Shown piece after piece: positions 25,001 to 34,053 of a DNA stretch of 64,000 nucleotides. Origin of the DNA: Vicinamibacteraceae bacterium (GTDB lineage: Bacteria; Acidobacteriota; Thermoanaerobaculia; Multivoradales; Multivoraceae); the NCBI GenBank assembly GCA_012270995.1, contig JAAXHG010000122.1, positions 8,841 through 72,840 on the forward strand. Direction: 5' to 3'. The position numbers and the translations under genes were made by a program. The notes beneath the pieces were generated by a model. It made no database searches, was not told where the DNA came from, and worked only from the letters and a program-made list of their open reading frames with translations. How positions within the stretch are numbered: the first letter of the stretch is position 1; the number at the start of each line of letters is the position of its first letter.

Positions 25001-26488
25001 CTATGCGACTCCCTGAAGAGGCGCGGCTTCCGGGCTCGATGCTTCGGCCTCGTCCCCGTCGGCGGCGAAACAACGGGCTCCCGTCGCTTCATCCTCGTCG
25101 ATGCCGGCGGCCTGGCGCAGTTCGGCATAGGAGTCCTCGAGGCACTTGGTAAGGAACCACGGATCGGGAATCAGCCTGGAGTCCACGGTGATGCCGAGTG
25201 TGATGCGCTGGTTGTAGGTCAGGATGGCGAGGAACAGCCCGATGTTGTTCGACACGATACCGGCCGGGAGCCAGTCGACCAGCCTGTGTTCTCCGAAGTA
25301 GAGGGGGATCATCGGGCCGGGGATATTCGTCGAAACGGTGTTGAAGAGGGTCTGCGAAAACGGCAGCGTTGCTCCCATGGCCGCCATCAGAGGCGGTACC
25401 CGGACGCCGAACTGACTCAACTGGTAGAAGGCCTTGGCCTGGCCGGCTTCCTTGAGCCTGTTCATCGCGTCCCGTTCCTTCTTCAGGCGTTCTACCGGAT
25501 CGTCGACGCCGACGAAGAGCGGAGCGATCATGTTGGAAACCAGGTTGCCAAGCTGTCCGCGTTCGTTCGCCTCCCGCATGCTGACCGGACACATGGCACG
25601 GAGTTCGAGTCCGGCCGTGTCCTGGCCGCGCGACCGAAGGTAGCGGCCGACACCACCGGCGAGGACGGTCAGCACGACGTCGTTTACGGTGCCGCCCAGT
25701 TTGGATTTGACCGCGCGCATCGTCGGGAACGCGAACTGGGCCCAGGCGAAGCCGAGGTCGCCGCCGACCGGCCGGTTGAAGACCGTACGGGGCGCCGGCG
25801 TGGCGCTGACCGGCAGGGTGGCGCTGCCGGCGGACATCATCTCGCGGGTGCGTTCCGCCATGACGTCGGGCCGCAGGGCCTCGAAGGCGGCCTCGGTCCA
25901 GGTCCGGTTGAGTTCACCGAGGCGATGCCGCATCGCTTCCTGCAGCAGGCTCAGGGAGTTGGGCAGGGGCGTCGGCGACCAGGGTTCGGCGGGCGGTTCG
26001 GGCAGCTCATCGGTCGGCGAGAAGTCGCTCAGCACCATGATCAGGTCGACGCCGGAGACGCCGTCGACCATCGCGTGGTGGATCTTCCAGACCACGGCGG
26101 TGTGGCCCGGAATGCCGCGCAGCACGATTCCCTTCCACAGCGGACGTCCGCGGTCGAGCATGCCGCTGTAGGCCTCGACGGCCGCCCGCGCCAGGACCTG
26201 TTCATTGCTTTCGGTAGGAAGCCAGACTTCGTCGATGTGGTTCTCGATATCGAAGTTCGGATCGTCGACCCACAGCGGGTGGGAGATGAAGAAGGGCGGA
26301 AACACGACCCGCTGCCGATACCTGGGCAGCAGGTGCATGCGGGCGGCGACCTGCTCGATCACGTGTTCACTGGAGAACTCGCCTTCGTAGACCATGCAGC
26401 CACCGATGTGCATGGTCGCGTTGGGGCGCTCCACGTAGAGGAAGGTGGCGTCGAGGGGGCTCAAGAATCGGTTCAGTTCCGGGGCCAT
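25001..26488 (-). CDS. Wax ester synthase/diacylglycerol acyltransferase (WS/DGAT)
   Basis: 495 aa with a canonical 'HHAMVDG' motif, 'PLDATFLYVE' at the N-terminus and 'NIPGP' near the C-terminus. GGAGAA lies 6 nt before the ATG. Confidence 0.85.
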   Translation of the reverse strand: MAPELNRFLSPLDATFLYVERPNATMHIGGCMVYEGEFSSEHVIEQVAARMHLLPRYRQRVVFPPFFISHPLWVDDPNFDIENHIDEVWLPTESNEQVLARAAVEAYSGMLDRGRPLWKGIVLRGIPGHTAVVWKIHHAMVDGVSGVDLIMVLSDFSPTDELPEPPAEPWSPTPLPNSLSLLQEAMRHRLGELNRTWTEAAFEALRPDVMAERTREMMSAGSATLPVSATPAPRTVFNRPVGGDLGFAWAQFAFPTMRAVKSKLGGTVNDVVLTVLAGGVGRYLRSRGQDTAGLELRAMCPVSMREANERGQLGNLVSNMIAPLFVGVDDPVERLKKERDAMNRLKEAGQAKAFYQLSQFGVRVPPLMAAMGATLPFSQTLFNTVSTNIPGPMIPLYFGEHRLVDWLPAGIVSNNIGLFLAILTYNQRITLGITVDSRLIPDPWFLTKCLEDSYAELRQAAGIDEDEATGARCFAADGDEAEASSPEAAPLQGVA

Positions 26489-26620
26489 CGGATTCTCCAG
26501 AGCACGGCGGATCTGGGAAGGTCAGGGGCGGTTTGCTGCGCCGCTTACTGCACCGCAGCATACGCATCGTTGCACAGAACCTGACGAACGGCAAGAGCCC
26601 GTGAACGGCGCGCTATCGAG

Positions 26621-28588
26621 TCAGTCCGGCCGGCGCCAGCGGAATGCGGTCACGTCGATGACCTCACGGGCCGGTTCCACGCGCACCTGAACCGGTGTCG
26701 ACGACAGGGGAAGCCGCGGCGTCAGGCAGCGGCGCCGCTCGCGGCCCTTCTGGGTCGGCCGGCAGGGGAGAGGTTCTCCGTCGATCTCGACGGTCACGTC
26801 CACTGTGTCGCGCGACGGCGTGCGGATGGCGATCTCGAGCGAGACCAGCGATGGAGGCTGGCCGTCGACGCTGCCTGCAAGCGATTCCGGATCCACCGAG
26901 TACGCGCCTTCGCCGACCGCGGAGAACGCTGCGGAGACGGGAGGTCCGGCGGCCCGGAACGGCTGGCGGACGAGGACTATGGGTTCGCCGCGCAGGCGGA
27001 ACAGGCCGGGTTCGAAGCGCTGGACCCGGGCGCCGTCGGCAGTTGCCAGCTCCCGGTAGGCCGGATGCTCGTCCGGCTCGAGCCGGGAGGCGGCGAAGAG
27101 CAGCACGTCGGCCATTAGGGGCTCGAGCGCGGCCTCCTGCGCGAGGTCGTCGGTCCGGATGACGGTGGGCACGAAGGCGCTCTCCCAGGTGCGGGGATCG
27201 AAGGCCTGGGCTCCGAGCGGCAGCTCGGTGATGAACGTTCGACCCCGCAGCGGTTTGCGGGCGCCGGCGACGCGGGCCGCTTCGTCGACGGTGAGCGGGA
27301 CGTTCTCGTCGTGCATGGTTCGGTGGACGAAGTGGGCCTTGGCGGCGAACGCGCCGCCGAAGACGAGGACGAGGGCTGGTACCGCCGTTCGACCCACCCA
27401 GGCGGGGTGCGCGGCTCGGGCCGACTCGAGGAGACGGTGAATCAGCCAGGCGGCGGCGAGCGCGCCGACGGGCGCGACGATTAGCCAGTTGGGCGGTTTG
27501 GGGTAGCGGGTGGCGGCCCAGAGCGCCGCCACGTAGCCGCCGGAGAAGAACAGCAGAATCCAGGCGTCGCCGATCGTCGCCGAGCCTCGGACGCCCGGGA
27601 GCGGGGCGGCCGCGGTTCGCGCGCGCAGGACGAGAACGAGGAGCCAACCGAGCCCGAGCAGGGCCGAGACGCCCAGGACCGGGCTGAAGTAGACGCTGCT
27701 CGCGAGGCTGGTGACCACACTGACCGGCTGGTCGAACCATCCGGAGCCGGCCGCGGCCAGTCGTTCCTGGTACTGGGTGACCGTCGAGCTCAGGTGGCGG
27801 CGGTAGAGATCGGGAACGAGCAGCAGCCACGGATTGAGGAGTACCAGCACGCCAGCCGCGGCAGCGCCCGCCGCGGCTGTACGCCGCACGACGAGTCCGA
27901 TGTCCCGGACTCCGCCCAGAGCGATCGTCGCCAGCAGCGGGATGACGAGTGCGCCCCCGTTCCACTTCGCGGCCGCGGTGGCTCCGACCATGGCGCCGGC
28001 CACGGCAAAGCTCCTCAGACCGCCGTGTCTGCGAGCCGCCAGCATGGCGTAGAGCGCCACGACCGAGGCGAGGACCATCATGATGTCGGGCTTGAAGGCC
28101 CCCGACTGGCGCAGGTGCCAGGGCGTGACCGAGAGAAGCAGGACCGCGGTCAGGGCCACACCCGGTCCGAACAAGCGTCTGCCGATGAGGTACAGGACCC
28201 AGAGCGACGCGGTGCCCACGACGACTTGAAGGAAGCGGCAGGCGCGGACGCCGAACGGTGTCAGGTACGGCCTGCCCTGCGGAGCCATCGCCACGGCGGA
28301 GGGAGCACCTTGCAGGCCGGGTAGGGAGCGCGCGGCCTCCCACGTCTTCAGCAGCAGGGCGTGCGGCATGTAGGACAGGGTCGGATAATGGGCGCGCACC
28401 GGCTGGAACTGCCCTTCGGCCAGAATCGCGGCGACGTTGCCTGCGTTGTAGCGCTCGTCCCAGATCCGGTTCATCGTGGGATCGGGCCAACTGAAGACCA
28501 GCCGGACCGCGAAGGACCACGCGAGGAGCATTCCCAGCAGCCAGCTCTGAAGACGACTGGCCGGGGGCGGGGCGCCTTCCGGGTTCAT
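26621..28588 (-). CDS. Polytopic membrane glycosyltransferase, GT39/ArnT-like
   Basis: 655 aa with about 10 hydrophobic helices in the first 420 aa and a soluble C-terminal domain. The layout is typical of PMT_2/ArnT-type enzymes. No diagnostic motif was checked. Confidence 0.55.
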   Translation of the reverse strand: MNPEGAPPPASRLQSWLLGMLLAWSFAVRLVFSWPDPTMNRIWDERYNAGNVAAILAEGQFQPVRAHYPTLSYMPHALLLKTWEAARSLPGLQGAPSAVAMAPQGRPYLTPFGVRACRFLQVVVGTASLWVLYLIGRRLFGPGVALTAVLLLSVTPWHLRQSGAFKPDIMMVLASVVALYAMLAARRHGGLRSFAVAGAMVGATAAAKWNGGALVIPLLATIALGGVRDIGLVVRRTAAAGAAAAGVLVLLNPWLLLVPDLYRRHLSSTVTQYQERLAAAGSGWFDQPVSVVTSLASSVYFSPVLGVSALLGLGWLLVLVLRARTAAAPLPGVRGSATIGDAWILLFFSGGYVAALWAATRYPKPPNWLIVAPVGALAAAWLIHRLLESARAAHPAWVGRTAVPALVLVFGGAFAAKAHFVHRTMHDENVPLTVDEAARVAGARKPLRGRTFITELPLGAQAFDPRTWESAFVPTVIRTDDLAQEAALEPLMADVLLFAASRLEPDEHPAYRELATADGARVQRFEPGLFRLRGEPIVLVRQPFRAAGPPVSAAFSAVGEGAYSVDPESLAGSVDGQPPSLVSLEIAIRTPSRDTVDVTVEIDGEPLPCRPTQKGRERRRCLTPRLPLSSTPVQVRVEPAREVIDVTAFRWRRPD

Positions 28589-28592
28589 GGCG

Positions 28593-29492
28593 TCAGTCGA
28601 GGATCGGATAGCCGGAGTGAGCGGTCAGCTCGCGGAAGAGCTGTTGCAGCCGTTCGAGCACAGGCCGCTCGCCGCCGCCGATCGTCCGGCCGTCGACCTC
28701 GTCTACCGCCACGAGTTCGCCCATCGTGCCGGTGCAGAACGCCTCGTCGGCGCGGTAGAGCTCAGCCTGGCTGAAGTCGGTGACTTCGTGGGGAATGTCG
28801 TTCTCCCGGCAGAGTTCGAGAACCGTCTCGCGAGTGACGCCCTCGGGGCACGCCCTGCAGTGGCTCGTTGTGACCACGCCGCTTCGTACGATGAAGACGT
28901 GGGTCGCGTTCGTCTCGGCGACGAAACCCTGGCGGTCCAGCATCAAGGCGTCGTCGGCGCCCGCCGCGTTCGCTTCGATCTTCGCCAGGATCGACTGGAT
29001 CAGGTTGTTGTGGTGGATCTTCGGGTCCATGCAGTCGGGCGGGAAACGGCGGATCGACGATGTGATCAGGCGGATCGGCCGGGATCCGTAGACCGGCGCC
29101 TTGTGTTCGGCGAGGACGATCAGCGTCGGTCCCGCGACGTTGAGCCGCGGGTCCATGCCGGAAGTGATCTTCGTGCCGCGGGTCAGCGTCAGCCGGACGT
29201 GGACGTCGTCCCGCATCCCGTTCGCTTCGAGGGTGCGGCGGATCTCGCCGATGACGTCCTCGTGGGTCGGAATCTCCGCGAAGGCCAGGGCCAGGGCCGA
29301 GTCCCGCAGGCGGTCGAGATGCCGTTCGAGCTTGAAGATCCGGCCGTCGTACAGGCGCAGACCCTCCCAGACCGCGTCGCCCCCCTGGACGGCGGAGTCG
29401 AACGGGCTGATCCCGGCCTGATCGCGGTGGATCAGGTCGCCGTTGATGTTGATCAGCAGATCCCGGTTCTTCGGGTTCGCCTTCTGGAGCAT
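28593..29492 (-). CDS. Class IV (branched-chain/D-amino-acid) aminotransferase family protein
   Basis: 299 aa. 'FDSAVQGGDAVWEGLRLYDGRIFKLERHLDRL', 'VRLTLTRG' and 'PEGVTRETVLEL' are fold-type IV PLP enzyme patterns. Confidence 0.8.
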   Translation of the reverse strand: MLQKANPKNRDLLININGDLIHRDQAGISPFDSAVQGGDAVWEGLRLYDGRIFKLERHLDRLRDSALALAFAEIPTHEDVIGEIRRTLEANGMRDDVHVRLTLTRGTKITSGMDPRLNVAGPTLIVLAEHKAPVYGSRPIRLITSSIRRFPPDCMDPKIHHNNLIQSILAKIEANAAGADDALMLDRQGFVAETNATHVFIVRSGVVTTSHCRACPEGVTRETVLELCRENDIPHEVTDFSQAELYRADEAFCTGTMGELVAVDEVDGRTIGGGERPVLERLQQLFRELTAHSGYPILD

Positions 29493-29513
29493 GGCGGTCG
29501 GGTGGCCCTTGGG

Positions 29514-30257
29514 TCAGGAGAGGAGCCGCTGCGCGGCGAGGTGATCGTAGTGCTGCTGGCACTCTTCCAGGACGTCCGCGAGGAAGTCGGGTACGGGTTC
29601 GTTCTTGGGCCGGAAGGGAGCGAAGCCGGTGCTTTTCTCGACGGCACCGTACCAGTGGGGTGCCCAGACTCCGTCCGTTCCGCGGCGCCCGGGCGGCCAG
29701 CTCAGCATCGTCTCGTTGAACTCGGTGCCGACGGCGCGGCACAGGCTCTCCAGGGCGGCGCGCGGGTTGCGCAGCACGTCGGCGGAGTCGATCACCGCGG
29801 GCGGCTCGCCGAGCCGTTCCGACTCCAGGTCGAAGAGTTCCCGCTGCTGCGGCAGGCCGGTGTCCGCAAGGGTGGGCTGCGGGAGGATCCGGATCAAGGA
29901 TGTCAGCATCTCGGCCGGATCGCGGATCAGGAAGACGTTCGTGAGCCGTGAGACCCAGGATCTGTCCGTCTCCGGCAGCAGGTGATGGGCCATGTGCTTT
30001 TGGTAGAAGATCGGCCGGTTCTCCGGAGCGTCCTCGGTCAGCCACTTCGTGACCCGCGCCAGGTCGCTGTCGTGGTGGGCGAGGATCTCCTCGCGGCCAG
30101 GATGGTCGAGACCGTGCTCCAGCAGGTAGTTCGCGTAGAGCGGCTCGTCGCAGACGAAGGTGTCGCCGCGGTTCCCCCAGGCCCGCAACATCGCGGTCGA
30201 GATGTTCCGGGGGCCGGACCACATCGCGATCCTCAGCACCTGTCGTTCGCCGGGCAT
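29514..30257 (-). CDS. P-loop sulfotransferase-like family protein
   Basis: 247 aa with an N-terminal 'MWSGPRNISTAMLRAW' P-loop-like PAPS-binding pattern. The family call is tentative. Confidence 0.5.
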   Translation of the reverse strand: MPGERQVLRIAMWSGPRNISTAMLRAWGNRGDTFVCDEPLYANYLLEHGLDHPGREEILAHHDSDLARVTKWLTEDAPENRPIFYQKHMAHHLLPETDRSWVSRLTNVFLIRDPAEMLTSLIRILPQPTLADTGLPQQRELFDLESERLGEPPAVIDSADVLRNPRAALESLCRAVGTEFNETMLSWPPGRRGTDGVWAPHWYGAVEKSTGFAPFRPKNEPVPDFLADVLEECQQHYDHLAAQRLLS

Positions 30258-30263
30258 CCGCTC

Positions 30264-31109
30264 TTACGAAGGTGCCGCCGCGGCCGCTTCGCCGGCCGTT
30301 CCGTACCCGGCCCGCATGCTGGCGAACAGGGCGGTCATGTCGTCGTGGGTGGCCTCGGTCAGGAAGCGCTGGGTCCACATGGTCCTCGGCGTTGCCGACA
30401 CGTTCGGAGCGGGTGAGTGCAGCAGACGCATGTCGATCAGATAGACGTCCCCGCGCCGGCCCGTCAGCTCGACGACCCTGAGGTCGGCGTCGCCGCGGCG
30501 CACGGTTTCACGCAGGAACCGGCCTCGGTCCTTCCCCTGCTTCGACATGAGTTCCCGGAAGTAGCGCTCCCGGCGCAGCCGGTGCGTGATCTGCCGGGAA
30601 CCGAGCCAGGGAATGTCGTACAGGAGCCGGTGGCTGCCCTGGACGACGACCGTGCCGCCGCCGCCCGCCTCGACCGTGTCGAGCATCGCGAACGCCTGCA
30701 CGCCGGGGACGGTCCGGCGATTGGGCAGCTTCGGCAGGTCGACGTGCCAGGCGATCTCGGGCAGGGACCAGGCGCCAGGTTCGGGGAACGAGAAGAGGAG
30801 CTGCGGCCGCTTCATCAGCGGCCTGATCGGTCCGCCCGCGGCCGCCTCGACCGCTGCTTCGAGTTCAGGCGTGACCAGATCGGTGAGCACCCGGGCGTGT
30901 CGGATTCCCTCGAGCAGTCGCTTGTTGTGGCGCTGGACAGGCTCGTCGGTCAGTTGGTCCAACAGCCAGACGCCGTTCCGGCGGACTCCCGCCTCCTCCG
31001 ACTTCCGGTAGACGAGGTTCAGCGCGCGGCTGGTCAGTTCGTCCGGGAGCAGCCCGGGCAACTTGACCAGTCCGGTGGCCTCGAATCGTTCGCGGGCGGT
31101 CCGGTTCAT
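30264..31109 (-). CDS. Phytanoyl-CoA dioxygenase (PhyH)-like Fe(II)/2-oxoglutarate oxygenase
   Basis: The start was moved to ATG 31109. It carries 'WHVD' (HxD) and 'VVVQGSHR', which is the family layout. Confidence 0.55.
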   Translation of the reverse strand: MNRTARERFEATGLVKLPGLLPDELTSRALNLVYRKSEEAGVRRNGVWLLDQLTDEPVQRHNKRLLEGIRHARVLTDLVTPELEAAVEAAAGGPIRPLMKRPQLLFSFPEPGAWSLPEIAWHVDLPKLPNRRTVPGVQAFAMLDTVEAGGGGTVVVQGSHRLLYDIPWLGSRQITHRLRRERYFRELMSKQGKDRGRFLRETVRRGDADLRVVELTGRRGDVYLIDMRLLHSPAPNVSATPRTMWTQRFLTEATHDDMTALFASMRAGYGTAGEAAAAAPS

Positions 31110-31160
31110 GGCGTCCTCGGGACAAGCATATGGCGTTCCCCCCGGTGATAGCTTGCGCCG

Positions 31161-32312
31161 ATGAGCCGGCGGGCCGAGTTTGAGGCTGAGCACCCGGAAG
31201 TTCACATCCTGTCGGCGGACCAGGCGGGTCGGGTGGACCTGGTGATGGGCGCGGCCGGCTGGTTGGGCGAGGAGGAGCAGGTCACGACCTGTGCCTTGCT
31301 GGGCGGCGAGTCGAGCACCGTGATGCGAGTCGAACTCCAGGAACTGCGTGGGGGGTGGCGCACGGCGGTGCTGAAGCAGTCGTTGCCCTGGCTGCGGCGT
31401 GACGAGTCGGTCGCCTTGCCGGCCGATCGCTGGCGCGCGGAGCGCGCGTTCTACGCCAGGGTGGCGCGTCTGCCGGAGGTGGCGGCTCGCATGCCCCGGC
31501 TGATGTCCGCCAACCAGGCGAGGTCCCTGCTGCTACTCGAGGACTTCCGTGGCGCTTCGAATCTCGCGTCGCTCTACCGGGGCGCTTCGCTGACCGAGGA
31601 GGTCGCTCAGGCCCTGGGCGGGTTCCTGCGAGCGCTGCGTCTCGGAACGCGCGGTGACCCCGATCCGGAGCTCGAGAACGCCGGGATGAAGGCGCTCAAC
31701 CACCGCATGCTGTTCGAGGCGCCGTTCACCTCGCCCGTGGCGGGTGGTGACGGCCTTGGTCCGGATGGTGCTCCACCAGACGCAGCCGCACTTGAGGCGG
31801 TCGAGCCCGGTCTCGGCGAGGCGGCGGCGGCGCTGCGGTCGGATCGCCCATTCCGGGAGTCCGTCGCCGGATTGAGCGGGCGCTTCCTCGGCGACGGGAC
31901 CTGTCTGACCCACGGCGCCTTCCATCCGGGCAACTGGCTCCAGTTGGCGGACGGCGGTGTCCGGATCGTCGACCCGCAGTTCGGCGGCTGGGGAGATCCG
32001 GAGTTCGATGTCGGCACGGCGCTTGCGCATCTGCTGCTCGCGCGGCAACCGGATCAGGTCGCCAAGGCGTTCTTCGCGGCGGCCGCCGGCGTGGAGGAGG
32101 AGGACGATGGAGAAGAGACGGCGGATGCCGATGACGCCGAAGCCGGCCTCGACCGAGAGCTGATCGCTCGCTACGCCGGAGTCGAGATCGCCCGCCGGCT
32201 GATCGGCGGCGGTCAACTGCCGCTCAAGGCGGAGGCCGGCTTTCGTTGTGGTCTGCTCGAGACGGCGCGGACGGCGGCCGTCTCGGGCCGCCTGGAGGTA
32301 CTGGAGACATGA
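31161..32312 (+). CDS. Phosphotransferase (APH/choline-kinase/MTR-kinase-like) family protein
   Basis: 383 aa with the catalytic-loop region 'LTHGAFHPGNWL' and 'IVDPQFGGWGDPEFDVG' (Brenner/DxG-like motifs). Confidence 0.6.
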   Translation: MSRRAEFEAEHPEVHILSADQAGRVDLVMGAAGWLGEEEQVTTCALLGGESSTVMRVELQELRGGWRTAVLKQSLPWLRRDESVALPADRWRAERAFYARVARLPEVAARMPRLMSANQARSLLLLEDFRGASNLASLYRGASLTEEVAQALGGFLRALRLGTRGDPDPELENAGMKALNHRMLFEAPFTSPVAGGDGLGPDGAPPDAAALEAVEPGLGEAAAALRSDRPFRESVAGLSGRFLGDGTCLTHGAFHPGNWLQLADGGVRIVDPQFGGWGDPEFDVGTALAHLLLARQPDQVAKAFFAAAAGVEEEDDGEETADADDAEAGLDRELIARYAGVEIARRLIGGGQLPLKAEAGFRCGLLETARTAAVSGRLEVLET

Positions 32313-33703
32313 GTCGACCCGTTGCACGCCACCTGACTGCCGCGCTCGGTCTGTTCGCGCTGGCCGTGACACCCGTGCTCGCCCAGAGCGCCGGCTTCGG
32401 ACAGGGACGCGTGCTTGACGGCCCCGGCCACGTGCTGCCGCACCGGGACCGGGTGGAGCCCTTCAACCACATGCTCGAGGAGCGGCTGCACGAGCTCCTG
32501 CCGCGATTGATGCGCGAAACCGGGATCGACATGTGGCTCGTCATCAACCGGGAGTACAACGAGGACCCGGTGTTCTTCAGCCTGGTGCCGCGACCCGTGT
32601 TCGCGGCCCGGCGGACGACGATGCTTGTCTTCTTCGATCGCGGGCCGAACAACGGGGGGCTGGAACTCCTGACGGTCAACCGCTATCCGTACGGTGCCCT
32701 CTACGAGTCGGCCTGGGAGGGCGGCGACCTGGAGGAGCAGTGGCAGGGCCTGGGCGAGGTGATCGCCGCCCGCGATCCGAAGCGAATCGGCGTCAACGTT
32801 TCGCGCCACTGGCCGGTCGCGGACGGTCTCTCGGAGGCGCTCCACGAGCGGCTCCTCGAGGTGCTCACGCCTGAGCTCAAAGAAAGGGTGACCAGCGCCG
32901 AGGAACTGGTCGTGCGCTGGATCGAGACCCGCAGCCCGCTGCAGATGGAGGCCTATCCGCGGATCGTCTCCCTGGCCCGCGGCGTGATCGCGGAGGCCTT
33001 CTCGGAACGGGTGATCACCGCAGGCGCCACGACCACGGACGATGTCGTCTGGTACATCGCCCAGCGCTTCGAGGACCTGGGGCTCGACATCTGGTTCCTG
33101 CCCTCCGTCAACGCCCAGCGGCGGGCGTCGAACGAGGACGAGGCCTGCGACCCGGGCGAGCCCTTCTGCGGCGGCAGCGGCGAGTTCGTCATCCAGCGCG
33201 GCGACGTCCTGCACACGGATGTCGGCATCTGCTATCTGGGCCTGTGTACCGACACCCAGGAGATGGGCTACGTGCTGCGGCTGGGCGAGAGTGAAGCCCC
33301 GGCGGAGCTACGGGAAGCTCTCGCCGCCGGCAACCGCTGGCAGGACATCCTCACCGGGGAGTTCCGGACCGGCCGCACCGGCAACGAGATCCTGGCGGCG
33401 ACGATCTCGGTCGCCACGGACGAGGGCCTCCGTTCCAGCACCTACACGCATCCGCTTGGCGTGTTCGGCCATGCTCCCGGGCCGACGATCGGCATGTGGG
33501 ACAACCAGGGGCCGACGCCGATCCGGGGCGACTGGCCGCTATACCCCGACACCGCCTACGCGATCGAGGGCAACGTCAAGGTCGAGCTCGAGATGTGGGG
33601 AGGCCAGGACGTCCAGATCAAGCTGGAGCAGAGCGCGGTCTACGACGGCGAGAAGGTGCTCTACCTGGCTGGCCGCCAGACCGAGTGGCACCTGGTCCGC
33701 TAG
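32309..33703 (+). CDS. Secreted M24 family metallopeptidase (Xaa-Pro aminopeptidase/creatinase-like)
   Basis: The start was moved to ATG 32309, which overlaps the upstream TGA (ATGA). The signal peptide reads 'MSRPVARHLTAALGLFALAVTPVLAQSAG'. The pita-bread metal-ligand region includes 'GDVLHTDVGICYLGLCTDTQ', 'HPLGVFGH' and 'AIEGNVKVE'. Confidence 0.7.
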   Translation: MSRPVARHLTAALGLFALAVTPVLAQSAGFGQGRVLDGPGHVLPHRDRVEPFNHMLEERLHELLPRLMRETGIDMWLVINREYNEDPVFFSLVPRPVFAARRTTMLVFFDRGPNNGGLELLTVNRYPYGALYESAWEGGDLEEQWQGLGEVIAARDPKRIGVNVSRHWPVADGLSEALHERLLEVLTPELKERVTSAEELVVRWIETRSPLQMEAYPRIVSLARGVIAEAFSERVITAGATTTDDVVWYIAQRFEDLGLDIWFLPSVNAQRRASNEDEACDPGEPFCGGSGEFVIQRGDVLHTDVGICYLGLCTDTQEMGYVLRLGESEAPAELREALAAGNRWQDILTGEFRTGRTGNEILAATISVATDEGLRSSTYTHPLGVFGHAPGPTIGMWDNQGPTPIRGDWPLYPDTAYAIEGNVKVELEMWGGQDVQIKLEQSAVYDGEKVLYLAGRQTEWHLVR

Positions 33704-33978
33704 AAGATCGCGCTCAGCAGGCCGAATTCGGCAAAGACGACGGCCACCAGGCCGCCGACGACGAGCAGCACGACGACGACGGCGATCGTCACAGGCAGGG
33801 CGATGATCGCGATCGGAATCAGGATCGCGGCCAGCAGGGTCGCGGCGATGAAGCCGATGATCTTGAACGGCAGAAGCACCAGCTTGAAGGCGATCTTCAC
33901 GACAAAGGCCACGGCGGCGAAGACGGCGAGCAGCCCGAGGGCGATCGCACCGAGGGTCAGGATGGTCAGGACTTCCAT
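33700..33978 (-). CDS. Small hydrophobic membrane protein (3 predicted TM helices)
   Basis: The start was moved to ATG 33978 ('MEVLTILTLGAIALGLLAVFAAVAFVV..'). The 92-aa product is almost entirely hydrophobic. No family recognised. Confidence 0.4.
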   Translation of the reverse strand: MEVLTILTLGAIALGLLAVFAAVAFVVKIAFKLVLLPFKIIGFIAATLLAAILIPIAIIALPVTIAVVVVLLVVGGLVAVVFAEFGLLSAIF

Positions 33979-34053
33979 TTCGAGTTGCACTCCTCCTGCC
34001 TCAGGACTACGGAGATCAGACGTAGAGGTTTCGTGGCGCGCTACACTGCCCGG

